In this document: in pieces, positions 28,241 to 38,515 of the stretch
How the letters are laid out: every line of letters begins with the position of its first letter
Numbering within the stretch: the stretch's first letter is position 1
Source of the DNA: Promethearchaeota archaeon
Lineage (GTDB): Archaea; Asgardarchaeota; Lokiarchaeia; Sigyniarchaeales; SOKP01
Assembly (NCBI GenBank): GCA_016840165.1
Contig: JAEOSU010000076.1
Location: forward strand, 1-64,000
Direction: 5' to 3'
Length of the DNA: 64,000 bases
Notes under the pieces: generated by a model
Database searches by the model: none
Told to the model about the DNA's origin: nothing
The model's input: only the letters and a program-made list of their open reading frames with translations
Translations under genes and position numbers: made by a program

Positions 28241-28384
28241 GGTAAAAAAAAGTAGACTATAAATGAAATCTAATGCATAAGTTCAGTTTAAATGTTATTA
28301 AGAATAAATTTTTTAAGGTTTGTATTATTTAAATATTTTGATTTAAAGAATAGACTTAAAAAATATAATTAAAAGCTGATTTTT

Positions 28385-28657
28385 ATTCCAAAGAAAAGAA
28401 AAAGTGGCGGAAAAAGCGGTTCTAGTAAAGGCCATTATTCCAGAGTTCAATGTGCTAAATGTGGAAGGTTTGTTCCTCGAAGTAAGGCAAAAGCTGTCAC
28501 AAAAAAGGTTTCATTAGTGGATGGACGCATGTATTCGGAGTTAAAGAAATCAGGAACAATTATCCAGGCACCTGTTAAAACAAAATATTATTGTATTAGC
28601 TGTGCAGTTCATGGTCATCAAATTAGCCAAAGAGATAAGAGTTTAAGAAAAGGGTAA
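28385..28657 (+). CDS. rps26e: 30S ribosomal protein eS26 (not in ORF track; ATT start)
   Basis: Manual translation (M)PKKRKSGGKSGSSKGHYSRVQCAKCGRFVPRSKAK...KYYCISCAVHGHQISQR...*; in-frame TAA at 28370-28372. Confidence 0.95.
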   Translation: MPKKRKSGGKSGSSKGHYSRVQCAKCGRFVPRSKAKAVTKKVSLVDGRMYSELKKSGTIIQAPVKTKYYCISCAVHGHQISQRDKSLRKG

Positions 28658-28679
28658 CTCTTATTTTAATTTAAGATTG

Positions 28680-30677
28680 TTAAATATTAAGAGTTTTGAA
28701 AAAGGAAGGCAGAGAATATATTACTTCACATCCATTCTTATTAGTTATTTCGATTATTGCTCTAATCAAATAAATATCCTTTAAGTCTTCACTTGGTTTA
28801 TATATTTTTACTTTAGATGTGGGTTTTAATTTTAATGTATAATTTTCTGCTATGCCTGTTATATTCTCGTCTGTAGTTAATTTAATACCTAATAATCCTA
28901 ATTCATAATGCGAGACAATAAAGAGATACTCATCTACTTTCTTATCTTTTAGTTTCTCGAAATGGACGACCTCTAAGGAATCATTCTGAAGCTCCTTTGG
29001 TAATTTTGAAAAGGGAATAACTTTCTTTTTTCCTGAAATATAAGGAAAATCGGTATAAAAGAGTAAATTGAAACTAGAAATTTTTTTAATTTGTTCATTA
29101 TATTTTTCAACATCTTTAACAGAATAAGCCTTATCAAGTAAAATATCCAATTTATCGACCATAATATCTTCAGCAGAATAACCATTTAGCACTGTAGCGA
29201 TATAAGCTCGCTTTAGTTTTTCAATTAATATATCACTTCTAACTTTTAGATTATAATCAATACTCAATTCAAGAGCTTCATTATAAAGATTTGCTGCTAT
29301 TTGAGAGTGCCCTAAAGCCAAGAAATAATCACCTAGCTCACTAAAAACAACAATCGCATCCAAGAAATCTTTTTCAAAGTTCAGATTTGAAATCTCTTCC
29401 ATAATTGCGATGGCAGTTTCAGTTTCTTTACCCTGAATATATAAAGAAATAGCTTTTCCTATTAGACATTTCAATTTGAGCTTATCATCATGATATATAT
29501 CAGATAATTCTTCTGTAAAATTGTAGGCCATAATCGCACTATCGTAAAGTCCATGAAAGAGTAAAATCAACGCTTTTACATAATTAAGAGTTAGGCATGT
29601 TTGTCGATTGAGAATGATGGTAGAAAATAGAGCCGCTCTTTCAATTGAATCTATTGCTGAATTCACTCTTCCTAAGGATACTAAAATGAATGCTCGAAGA
29701 AATTCCATCTTACTAATTTCCGAACATATTAATTTCTCGACGATTTCATAATTTTTTTTATTTGTTAATTGTCCTGCAGCTAATTGAAGTAAAGAAATTA
29801 AAAATCCATTTCCTTTTTTTAAAAATTTAGCAGCATCCTTAGGATCATTTTTAATGATGGACTCACGGGCTCTTTTTAAATATTCACGAGAGATTTTTAA
29901 ATTTTCAAGAAAGTTTGTAAGATCTTGAATAAGTTCCTCTTCTTTTGAGGAGAGCATTTTCTCTTCTATGTAATTATCTGCAATCCTGATTTCTTTTTCA
30001 TATTTTTTTATCCCTACTTGAAATTTAACTTTAGTCGATTTTTCATCTATGGTATGAGCATCTTTAGTTAGAATAGAACTCTCTGTAACGCTAATAGCTT
30101 TTTCAAGTAACCAAGTGATCTTTGATTCAGCAGGATAGATTTTTGACCTTTGGAGCATATAGGAAAGGGTATAATTTAGACTTTTTTTCCATAAATTGTT
30201 AAAATAGTTCCTTAATTGTTTATTAGGAACAGATCTTTGGATTTTTAATAGAAAACTTGAAAGAGAGAGGGTTTCTACTTTTCCACTGAATATAAGATTT
30301 GTATTCTTTATAAGTTTAAAATCATCAGATACCAAAAAAATAGATTTATCTTCATTATCCATTAAACGATCTGCAAGTACGATAAGTGATAAATCAGGGT
30401 CTTGAGCGGGGAATCGTATATTATGGTCTATAAGTTCTGATTTAATATTGTCAATTTCAGAATTAAGTATCTTTTCAACGTTTATTATTTTTGCTAATTT
30501 TTCTTTGTATGTATGGGGTGCTTTTATTTCATTAAACACTACTTCAGAAATGTAATATTCAAAACCAAGTTGCTCAGCAACTTTTTCTAAATTATCTATT
30601 GTATGCCGTACTCTAACAGATAGTAGCATTATGAAGAAGTTGGCATCGAAAATAATTGATTCTTTCTTTTTAGACAT
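28680..30677 (-). CDS. PIN-domain protein with helical-repeat (TPR-like) region
   Basis: IIFDANFF, ISEVVFNEI, QDPDLSL and LVSDDF acidic PIN motifs; TPR-like central part. Confidence 0.75.
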   Translation of the reverse strand: MSKKKESIIFDANFFIMLLSVRVRHTIDNLEKVAEQLGFEYYISEVVFNEIKAPHTYKEKLAKIINVEKILNSEIDNIKSELIDHNIRFPAQDPDLSLIVLADRLMDNEDKSIFLVSDDFKLIKNTNLIFSGKVETLSLSSFLLKIQRSVPNKQLRNYFNNLWKKSLNYTLSYMLQRSKIYPAESKITWLLEKAISVTESSILTKDAHTIDEKSTKVKFQVGIKKYEKEIRIADNYIEEKMLSSKEEELIQDLTNFLENLKISREYLKRARESIIKNDPKDAAKFLKKGNGFLISLLQLAAGQLTNKKNYEIVEKLICSEISKMEFLRAFILVSLGRVNSAIDSIERAALFSTIILNRQTCLTLNYVKALILLFHGLYDSAIMAYNFTEELSDIYHDDKLKLKCLIGKAISLYIQGKETETAIAIMEEISNLNFEKDFLDAIVVFSELGDYFLALGHSQIAANLYNEALELSIDYNLKVRSDILIEKLKRAYIATVLNGYSAEDIMVDKLDILLDKAYSVKDVEKYNEQIKKISSFNLLFYTDFPYISGKKKVIPFSKLPKELQNDSLEVVHFEKLKDKKVDEYLFIVSHYELGLLGIKLTTDENITGIAENYTLKLKPTSKVKIYKPSEDLKDIYLIRAIIEITNKNGCEVIYSLPSFFKTLNI

Positions 30678-30873
30678 TTTTTTCTTTCATTAGTACGTTA
30701 GTAGTTCTATTATTAGATGGATACGATTTATTTGCTTATATTATATTTTTATTATTTTTATTGTTTTGTTAATTAATATCGATTATACAAAATCTATAAC
30801 TTTAGGATTATTATAGACCCATATCTTAATTAATTATAGCGAAAATGAATTTTAACTTTTAAACTGGTATATA

Positions 30874-31377
30874 ATGAAATTAATAAGCCTTATCGGATAT
30901 TCTGGTTCCGGAAAAACACATTTTATTACTAGCGCGATAAAGAAATTGAAATCAGAGTTAGACCTTACTATTTTAGTAATTAAAAATGTAGACACTCATA
31001 ATATTGATACTGAGGGAAAAGATTCATTTGAATTCTCTAAAGCAGGAGCAGATTTTTCAATTATAAAAAATAAATATCATGAAGTAGCTGTTTATTTCAA
31101 AAAAGAGTTAGATTTTGATGAATTAATAGATTGGATTTCAAAATTTTCCGAAAATATTGATTTAGCATTTATTGAAGGATTTCGAGGTCTTGAAGTTCCA
31201 GAAATCCTCTGTGTTGAGAATTTTAAGGATATAACCCCCCAATTAGATTTAAATATTAAAATGATCTCTGGTATCATTTCTACCAAGACTGAAAAAGATA
31301 CAAGCGTAAAAGATATACCCATTATTAATATCGAAAAGCAGTTTCAAAGATTTTTAGAAATTTTTGATATTCGATAA
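30874..31377 (+). CDS. mobB: Molybdopterin-guanine dinucleotide biosynthesis protein B
   Basis: GYSGSGKT, DTEGKDS..F..AGA and IEGFR. Confidence 0.9.
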   Translation: MKLISLIGYSGSGKTHFITSAIKKLKSELDLTILVIKNVDTHNIDTEGKDSFEFSKAGADFSIIKNKYHEVAVYFKKELDFDELIDWISKFSENIDLAFIEGFRGLEVPEILCVENFKDITPQLDLNIKMISGIISTKTEKDTSVKDIPIINIEKQFQRFLEIFDIR

Positions 31378-31398
31378 AAATGATTTAAAATATTTTAA

Positions 31399-33321
31399 TT
31401 ACTTATTCTTCATGAAAAATAGAGCTAATTGGCGTAAGGTGAGTTCCAATTTTTCATTCAATTCTTTTTTAATATTTGTGCTTAAGAAATATTGATTTAA
31501 AACTTTTAAGATGTCATCAAGAGAGGCTTCCTTATCAACAGATTTTCGAATTGAATTTAAAAATTTTGTGAGTGGAACGATGATTTCAGTAATTAACCAT
31601 TCCTCAAAGAGTTGTTGATCACTAGATGACTTAAAATTATAGGTAACAACAAACCTTATAATATCATGAAAACCATAAAAATACTTGTCTGGAATATTTA
31701 CGTTATATGGTTCTAGTTCCTTTCTTAAGGCATCTTTTTGAAGGCTTATAAGGTAATCTGGCCATACATCATCAGAAACATTTAAATCTTGAAAGATGAA
31801 TAACTCTAAGACTCTTAACGCAATATTTTTACCAATATATCGGCTTCTGGGGTCAATAAAATTACTAGATGCTTGTTCTGGCATTTTTCTGATGAAAATT
31901 TTATCAATTAAGGTATATAACATACGACATATATGATCAATTATTACATTGAAAGTAAGAGGGGTATTTTTAGGATTTTCAGATAAAATTTCATTCTCTT
32001 TTTCTATAAGCATTGAGAGATTTAAATTAAGACTATGTAAAAATGTTTTAAAAAAATCATAATTAACGTGAGGTAGTTCTAAACGAAAAATCTTTTCAAA
32101 AATTATATTTAAAACTTCCATATTTGATATGAACGAAAAATTGTCCATGAAATTTTGGATATCTTTAATTGAATTTGCGTTAATCTCGATATCGGAAGTT
32201 TTATTATGATTATTTAATACGCTCTTAAATTTTTCAGGTATTAATAATAATTCTCCCACTTCCAAGTTTTCAAGACTTCCTCCACCAAAATAATATTTCA
32301 TATATAATAGAAAGAGATTAAATTGATTTTTAGTCGTTGGTAAGTTATTAGCTTGGAATGTTGAATACAAAGTAGATTTCCTGTCTAATACATCAAAAAA
32401 TCTGAGTAAAGAATTTTTCTTTTCCTCAGTATAATTGAAATTAGCTAAAAATTCTTTTTTAATAACCTCTAATTTTGAATAAATAGAATCCTCAACCCGT
32501 GAACAGACAAAGTTAAGAAAGTCTAAGATTGGAGAGAAGTTTTGTAATAGATTACACTTTTTATAAAAATAATACAATAAATCTACAAGTTTTTCTTTTG
32601 CGAATGGATATTGCTCTAATGCTAATTGATATAGTTTTTCTCTACCTAGTAATAATTTTTCATTATAATTGTCTGGAATATTCTTAAAGATTTTAAGAAA
32701 GTAAAAAAGAAACATGTAATAATAATTTTGAAAAGTTTCATCCTTGCTATTTTTAATAACAATGAAAAAACTAATGGTTTTTCCTTCCTCTCCATTGTTA
32801 ACAACTGCTCCGTCTAATATGATGAATAATTTTTCTTGTAATAATTTTCTGATTATCACCCCTAAAATTGATATAATCAAATATAGGTAGCCAAAAGGAG
32901 AGGTGATTCCATTGAGTTTATCTCCTAGGGCTTTTGAAAAGATTTCAAATTGTGATATTTCTTCATTGGATAAATAATAAATATATTCAAAAAATAAATT
33001 ATCATCAGATATTTTCTCTCGATTCAACAATTCTAACTGTTCTGAATTAAATCCACAAAACTCATTGATATAATTCTCAAAATATTTGTGAAACGTCTGG
33101 TAAAAAAAGGTAGTATATGATTTCTTTATTAATCGTTTGTTATTTTTATTTTGGAATTCTTGCCATTCTGATATTATAATACTCTTAAATTTACTGAAGT
33201 TAATACTATTTTCATTTAAAATTTCAAAAAAGATGTTAGAATTAAATTTTAGCGTTAAACCATTATTTTTTGCCGTATTACCTATAATATCTAAGACATC
33301 TTTAAGATTCTTCTTGACCAC
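31399..33321 (-). CDS. Large helical hypothetical protein
   Basis: 640-aa uninterrupted ORF; no recognised motif. Confidence 0.75.
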   Translation of the reverse strand: MVKKNLKDVLDIIGNTAKNNGLTLKFNSNIFFEILNENSINFSKFKSIIISEWQEFQNKNNKRLIKKSYTTFFYQTFHKYFENYINEFCGFNSEQLELLNREKISDDNLFFEYIYYLSNEEISQFEIFSKALGDKLNGITSPFGYLYLIISILGVIIRKLLQEKLFIILDGAVVNNGEEGKTISFFIVIKNSKDETFQNYYYMFLFYFLKIFKNIPDNYNEKLLLGREKLYQLALEQYPFAKEKLVDLLYYFYKKCNLLQNFSPILDFLNFVCSRVEDSIYSKLEVIKKEFLANFNYTEEKKNSLLRFFDVLDRKSTLYSTFQANNLPTTKNQFNLFLLYMKYYFGGGSLENLEVGELLLIPEKFKSVLNNHNKTSDIEINANSIKDIQNFMDNFSFISNMEVLNIIFEKIFRLELPHVNYDFFKTFLHSLNLNLSMLIEKENEILSENPKNTPLTFNVIIDHICRMLYTLIDKIFIRKMPEQASSNFIDPRSRYIGKNIALRVLELFIFQDLNVSDDVWPDYLISLQKDALRKELEPYNVNIPDKYFYGFHDIIRFVVTYNFKSSSDQQLFEEWLITEIIVPLTKFLNSIRKSVDKEASLDDILKVLNQYFLSTNIKKELNEKLELTLRQLALFFMKNK

Positions 33322-33495
33322 AATAATTCCTACATGCTTTAATTGAAATTATAACCTTGTTCTAAAAAACCCTATTATTCTTAAATACAGATATATATTT
33401 AATTAAATTGAGGAAATAAAAATATTAGCTACAATTTAATAATTTTTCAAAAATTTGCTTATATAGAAAAAAATTACCTTATTGATGATGACCCG

Positions 33496-34533
33496 TCAGA
33501 AAATCTTTATGATTTCGTCTTTTTCTGAGTAGATCAACGGTTTAATCTTTCCATTCTTATCTTTCACCAGTAGATTTTCATGATTTGTAATAGTTCCAAT
33601 TTTTTCACATACAATTTTATTTTTTCTCAAGTATTCTAATAACTCTAAACAATTATTATTCTCTATTGTTATTATTAATGACCCTGATGAGATTGTATTC
33701 ATTGGATTCAGTTTAAATATATTACTTAATTCAAGGGGTTCTGGTAATATTGTAATCTTTTGTTGATCTATAGTCGCTCCATGTTTTGAGGCAATACATA
33801 TTTCTGCAATTCCGCAATATAGCCCTCCTTCAGTAGGATCATGCATAGAGTGAATATCAAATTTAGAATTAGCTAGATCGGCTTCTTTGTAAACACTTAT
33901 ACCAGGATCAAAGAGATAGTTCTTACATTTATCAATAAAAGCCGAATCATAACCCATTTTAAAGAGAAAATCTTCTTTTTCTCGGCCAATAATTGATGTA
34001 CCTTCTATAAAAATTCCCTTTGTAAGGATTATTGCATCTCCTGCTCTTGCTCCTGATGTTAGAACCAGTTTATCCTTCTCTACTTCACCCATTAATGATC
34101 CTACGACAATTGGTCTATTTAATCCACTTGTGACCTCTGTATGCCCCCCAATTACGCTTATACCATATTCTCTACAGGTATCATGGATGTTTTTAAATAT
34201 TGATTCTATTAATTCATCGTTTGTGTCCTTCTCAGGTAATAAAATCGTTGACTGAAACCATTTCGGTTTCGCTCCCATACAAATAACGTCATTGACATTA
34301 ACATTGACTACATAATATCCAATAGAATCTGTTGCAAAGGTGATAGGATCGGTCTTACTGACGAGATACTTATCTCCCATATCAATAACTGCTGCATCTT
34401 CTCCGATTTTAGAACCTTGTATTACTCGTGAATCTTTTATTTCCAGATCAGAAATATAATTTTCTATGATTTTCGCTATTTTGTCGTGTCTGAGTTTTCC
34501 AACTTTAAAATTTTGATCTTTCTGGTTATTCAT
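33496..34533 (-). CDS. AIR-synthase-related (HypE/ThiL-like) protein
   Basis: GKL, GEDAAVID, KTDPIT, IGGHTEVT and MHDPTEGG. Start set at MNNQ. Confidence 0.88.
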   Translation of the reverse strand: MNNQKDQNFKVGKLRHDKIAKIIENYISDLEIKDSRVIQGSKIGEDAAVIDMGDKYLVSKTDPITFATDSIGYYVVNVNVNDVICMGAKPKWFQSTILLPEKDTNDELIESIFKNIHDTCREYGISVIGGHTEVTSGLNRPIVVGSLMGEVEKDKLVLTSGARAGDAIILTKGIFIEGTSIIGREKEDFLFKMGYDSAFIDKCKNYLFDPGISVYKEADLANSKFDIHSMHDPTEGGLYCGIAEICIASKHGATIDQQKITILPEPLELSNIFKLNPMNTISSGSLIITIENNNCLELLEYLRKNKIVCEKIGTITNHENLLVKDKNGKIKPLIYSEKDEIIKIF

Positions 34534-34687
34534 ACTCTTCAATAATGGGCTAATTATTACTGAATATTCGAAATAATTATAAAAAAATGACTTAAACTTA
34601 ATAACTTTAAATATCTTTAAATAAATAATCTTTTCTAGTATATACATAAGAATAGAAAAATAAGAATTTTAACAACTATTACCGAGT

Positions 34688-35221
34688 TTGAAAAAAATGG
34701 GATTTGGAAAAGCATTTGGATTTAGTTTAGTTACGTTTATTGGTATAAATTTCCTTTTTGTGATAATTACAGAGACAATCACGGGTGATCTTAATACTTT
34801 ATTTTCGGATATCACAACCAATCCATTAGTTTTATTCTTTGTCTTTTTTGGTCCAATTGTTTATATGCCTGGGCAGGTTGTGCAGTTAATTTATTTTTCA
34901 CTTTCTGGTGGTGTATATGATATCAACTTTATTGGATTGATTCTAACACTCATCGGAAGTATCATTGCACCATTAATAGCTTCCTTGATAGCGGGGAAAA
35001 CGGGTGAAAATAAAATGGGAAGTTTAGGGGGATGGTTTCTTACGGCAATTGTTTCTGGTTTGGCTATTGGTTTATTAGTATTTATTAATCCTGCGGTTTT
35101 AGCATATTATGGTTTGGCACCTACGATAGATACTTTTGTTCTTTCTTTACTAGGCGGTGTTGTGAACGGCATATTCTATGGAACATTCGCTTTGCTATTT
35201 GCGAGTATAGAACCTTATTAA
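34688..35221 (+). CDS. Integral membrane hypothetical protein
   Basis: Several Gly-rich TM segments. Confidence 0.75.
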   Translation: MKKMGFGKAFGFSLVTFIGINFLFVIITETITGDLNTLFSDITTNPLVLFFVFFGPIVYMPGQVVQLIYFSLSGGVYDINFIGLILTLIGSIIAPLIASLIAGKTGENKMGSLGGWFLTAIVSGLAIGLLVFINPAVLAYYGLAPTIDTFVLSLLGGVVNGIFYGTFALLFASIEPY

Positions 35222-35274
35222 AAACCATCTAAATATAAACTTTTTTTATTTCCTTTTTTAAAATCGATTTAGTA

Positions 35275-36303
35275 CTATTTATTAGGAGACTTATATTTGT
35301 GAGCAAAAATGCTATATATACCAAATAAAAGTGTGAAGAACATAAAGATTAAAAATAAACCCGCTTCTTGAAATAGTAGAAAATCATTTATATCTGCTTT
35401 ATCAAATATTTTTGACACTTGAACATATAATTTCATAATAATTAAAAAAATCGTAATCGTGTCAGCTCGAAATAATTTTAATTTCTTCTTCAAATAATCT
35501 ACCTTATCATAGATTGAGCCAATAATATAGAAAAATAAAAAGAGATCGAGAAAAAAGGATCCAATCACATAGAGTGGGGCTTCGGATTCAGTACCATAGA
35601 GTTTACCAAATAAAAAGTCAAAAATAATATAGATTACATAGAAAAAAGTTAATAGGAAAAACAAAGTAATATATGCAGAAAATTTTTTAGTAACTAACAA
35701 TCTCACTATAACAATTATTATTAAAAAGATATTAGTCCATAGGATAATGCGTAAGATATTAATTGCTACTTGGGTAAAGGGAGTAATGTTGATAGTGAAA
35801 AAGCGCACAAATAATACTCCTATTATCCAATAAATTAAACCGAACAATAAGAATCCGAGAACTCTAAGAACTTTACCTATTTTTTTTTTGGAGTATAAAT
35901 AATCATCTACTTTAGTGGAAGAATCCATACATAGCTTAAATGCGAAAAAAGCAGTGAAAAAAAGATTCACATTAATGGAGATCAAATAAAATAAAGTAAA
36001 AGTTGGAAGAAATATGGATTCTCTAAAGAAAACAGCAATTAAAAGAGCGAGAATGAGGGCAACAATAAAATAGATTTTCTTTATTTTTTCAAATGGTTTA
36101 AAAAAGGAGAAAATGAATAAGATTATGTTAAATCCAATCAATAAAGCCCCAAAAAAGACTAATATGTTGCTTAAAATGAGATTATGGATCATTTCTCTCT
36201 CAAGCAGAATACCAATCCATATAGTGATAAATGAAAAAATGATGATTATATAAATTGGGCGTTTAAAAATCCCTTTTAATCCTGAGATAAAGCTCAAAAT
36301 CAT
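35275..36303 (-). CDS. Polytopic membrane hypothetical protein
   Basis: About 9-10 hydrophobic segments. Confidence 0.75.
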   Translation of the reverse strand: MILSFISGLKGIFKRPIYIIIIFSFITIWIGILLEREMIHNLILSNILVFFGALLIGFNIILFIFSFFKPFEKIKKIYFIVALILALLIAVFFRESIFLPTFTLFYLISINVNLFFTAFFAFKLCMDSSTKVDDYLYSKKKIGKVLRVLGFLLFGLIYWIIGVLFVRFFTINITPFTQVAINILRIILWTNIFLIIIVIVRLLVTKKFSAYITLFFLLTFFYVIYIIFDFLFGKLYGTESEAPLYVIGSFFLDLFLFFYIIGSIYDKVDYLKKKLKLFRADTITIFLIIMKLYVQVSKIFDKADINDFLLFQEAGLFLIFMFFTLLFGIYSIFAHKYKSPNK

Positions 36304-36601
36304 TTCCTTTTTTTTTTATTAAATTGAATATTTGCTAAATTCTATTTTAATCTTTTCTTCTTTTTAATAATCTAATATTACAGCTTGGTATTAAGGGGTT
36401 AATAATTATAAAACTCCCAGTTTAATAATAGAAAAATAATACTATATGTAAAATTTGAGAAAGAAGCTGGAAATACTCTCAAAAATGTATAAAAAACCGT
36501 AAGATATTGCTATTTTCGACAAAATTATAAGAGGATAGCTAAGATCGGGAACTTTAAATATATAATTTAATGGAACAAAATCAGTTTACGAGATTAAGAA
36601 A

Positions 36602-36904
36602 TTGAGCTCTGGAAAATTAGATTTTAGTGCAAGTGTGAGAAATGATAAATTTAATTCAACTTTAGTTTATTCAGATATCCCTTATCCAATAATTGATTTG
36701 GAAGCTACTTGGGATCCAATTTTTACCAATTTCATGCGAATAAACCATGAACTTAATGAATTCTACTATAAAGCTGTTAAAATTCATTTATTGTTATTAA
36801 GAAATGAAAATTTATCAAATCAGGAAAAACTGGAGTTATGTAAAATTGAAAGAAATTATATTAAATTATATTTAAAAGCGATAATGAAGAAAAATTATAT
36901 CTAA
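36602..36904 (+). pseudogene. Hypothetical ORF, possibly a 5'-decayed gene remnant
   Basis: The frame continues upstream with protein-like sequence (FNGTKSVYEIKK) but is broken by stops at 36563 and 36536. Confidence 0.3.
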
Positions 36905-36911
36905 GCTGTAA

Positions 36912-38339
36912 TTATAGTTTCCTTATTTTATGTAAGAAATCAGCATAATCACAAAACAATGATAAACTCTTAGCTGCATCTCTCAAATTGAAATAATAAA
37001 GAATTCTGTCTTTATGTAAATGCTTTTTAGCTGTAGAAAATCTTTGAGCAAGTTCAATAGAGTCTGAGATACTGGGTATACATATAATGAGTGGTTTTTG
37101 GGTTGTTTTCTGTAACTCTGCTAACCTTTTAAATACATGGCTATAAATGAAGTGAGGCCATAAAGGAAGGATAATAATATCAATATTTGGATCTTCTTTA
37201 ACAACGTTAATACAATCCACAAACACATCTACCACAAATCCTAATGCCCCTAAATCTACGGGATTTCTAATATTTACATTTTCATAGGGTAAAATTTGGC
37301 TAATTTTTTCTTGTGATTCTTTACTCAGTTCAGGAACGATTAATTGATGAGAATTGAATAAATCCGTGGTATTTACGGAAGACCCGCCTCCAGGAGTTAC
37401 AATACCGAATCTTCTATCATTTGGTAAATACTTTGGATAAAGTAACTCAAAAGTTTTTATTGTATTCCAAAATTCCTCATTATCTCTGACAATCACAGCT
37501 CCAGTTTGTTTTATCATGCTATTCCATAAACGCAAATCACTAGAGATTGCGCCCGTATGGGAAAAAGCAGCACGCAATCCATCTTTAGTATAACCACCTT
37601 TCCAAATAATAACTGGCTTGAGTCTAGTGGTTTTTTTAAGTTCATTATAAAATTCATACCCACTACCAGAACCAAAAGATTCCAAATAAGCTGCTATAAC
37701 TTTTGTTTGTTCATCTTTTCGATATAATTTCAGAAAATCAATAGCATTCAAATCAATTTGGTTTCCAAATGAAATACCATATCTGAATCGGATATCACGT
37801 TTAAATCCTGCATCTATTAATTGATTTAAATGTCCTCCGGATTGAGACATGAAAGAAACATTTCCTGGTATTCCTTTAAAAGTGTTAAAAGAAAAAGCCA
37901 TCCCGGTTGATCCATTAAAAGGGCCTAAGCAATTAGGACCAATTACTCGTGTTTTAGAATTCTTGATGATATCTTTTATGACACCTTCTAATCTTAACCC
38001 TTCCTCATCTCCTGTCTCAGAAAAACCAGAAGAGAAAATAATAACCCATTTAATATTTTTCTCGACACATTCCTTAAGGACTTGAGGGATAAATTCAGTT
38101 TTAACAGAGATATAGGCAGTATCTACGGAATAAGGAATATCCAAAACTGAAGGATAACATTTCCAATCGAGTATGAAGTCATATTTAGGATTTACTGGGT
38201 AAAATGTATTTGCCCAGATCGATTCTTTGAATGCTGGAAGATAAAGCATTGCTCCAAATCTAGATTTCTCAGATGCTCCTATAAAAGCAATGTGTTTTGG
38301 ATGAAAAAGGGAATCAAAATCAGATAATATAGTATCCAT
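36912..38339 (-). CDS. ADP-forming acyl-CoA synthetase alpha-like (CoA-binding) protein
   Basis: IAFIGAS, YPVNPK, SSGFSE, GPNCLG, SQSGG, SHTG phospho-His and NPVDL. Confidence 0.9.
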   Translation of the reverse strand: MDTILSDFDSLFHPKHIAFIGASEKSRFGAMLYLPAFKESIWANTFYPVNPKYDFILDWKCYPSVLDIPYSVDTAYISVKTEFIPQVLKECVEKNIKWVIIFSSGFSETGDEEGLRLEGVIKDIIKNSKTRVIGPNCLGPFNGSTGMAFSFNTFKGIPGNVSFMSQSGGHLNQLIDAGFKRDIRFRYGISFGNQIDLNAIDFLKLYRKDEQTKVIAAYLESFGSGSGYEFYNELKKTTRLKPVIIWKGGYTKDGLRAAFSHTGAISSDLRLWNSMIKQTGAVIVRDNEEFWNTIKTFELLYPKYLPNDRRFGIVTPGGGSSVNTTDLFNSHQLIVPELSKESQEKISQILPYENVNIRNPVDLGALGFVVDVFVDCINVVKEDPNIDIIILPLWPHFIYSHVFKRLAELQKTTQKPLIICIPSISDSIELAQRFSTAKKHLHKDRILYYFNLRDAAKSLSLFCDYADFLHKIRKL

Positions 38340-38515
38340 TATTTTAGAAAATATGAGAGTTATTATATGTTTTTTGAAATGAATTCTCTGAGAAAAACGA
38401 CATATATGGCTATTCTTAAAAAAGTAATTTATCTCCTTTCACAAATTTTTAATGTAAAATACAATTAGACTATTTATAATTATATTAAACAATTTAGTAT
38501 TTAGGAGAATTTGAA

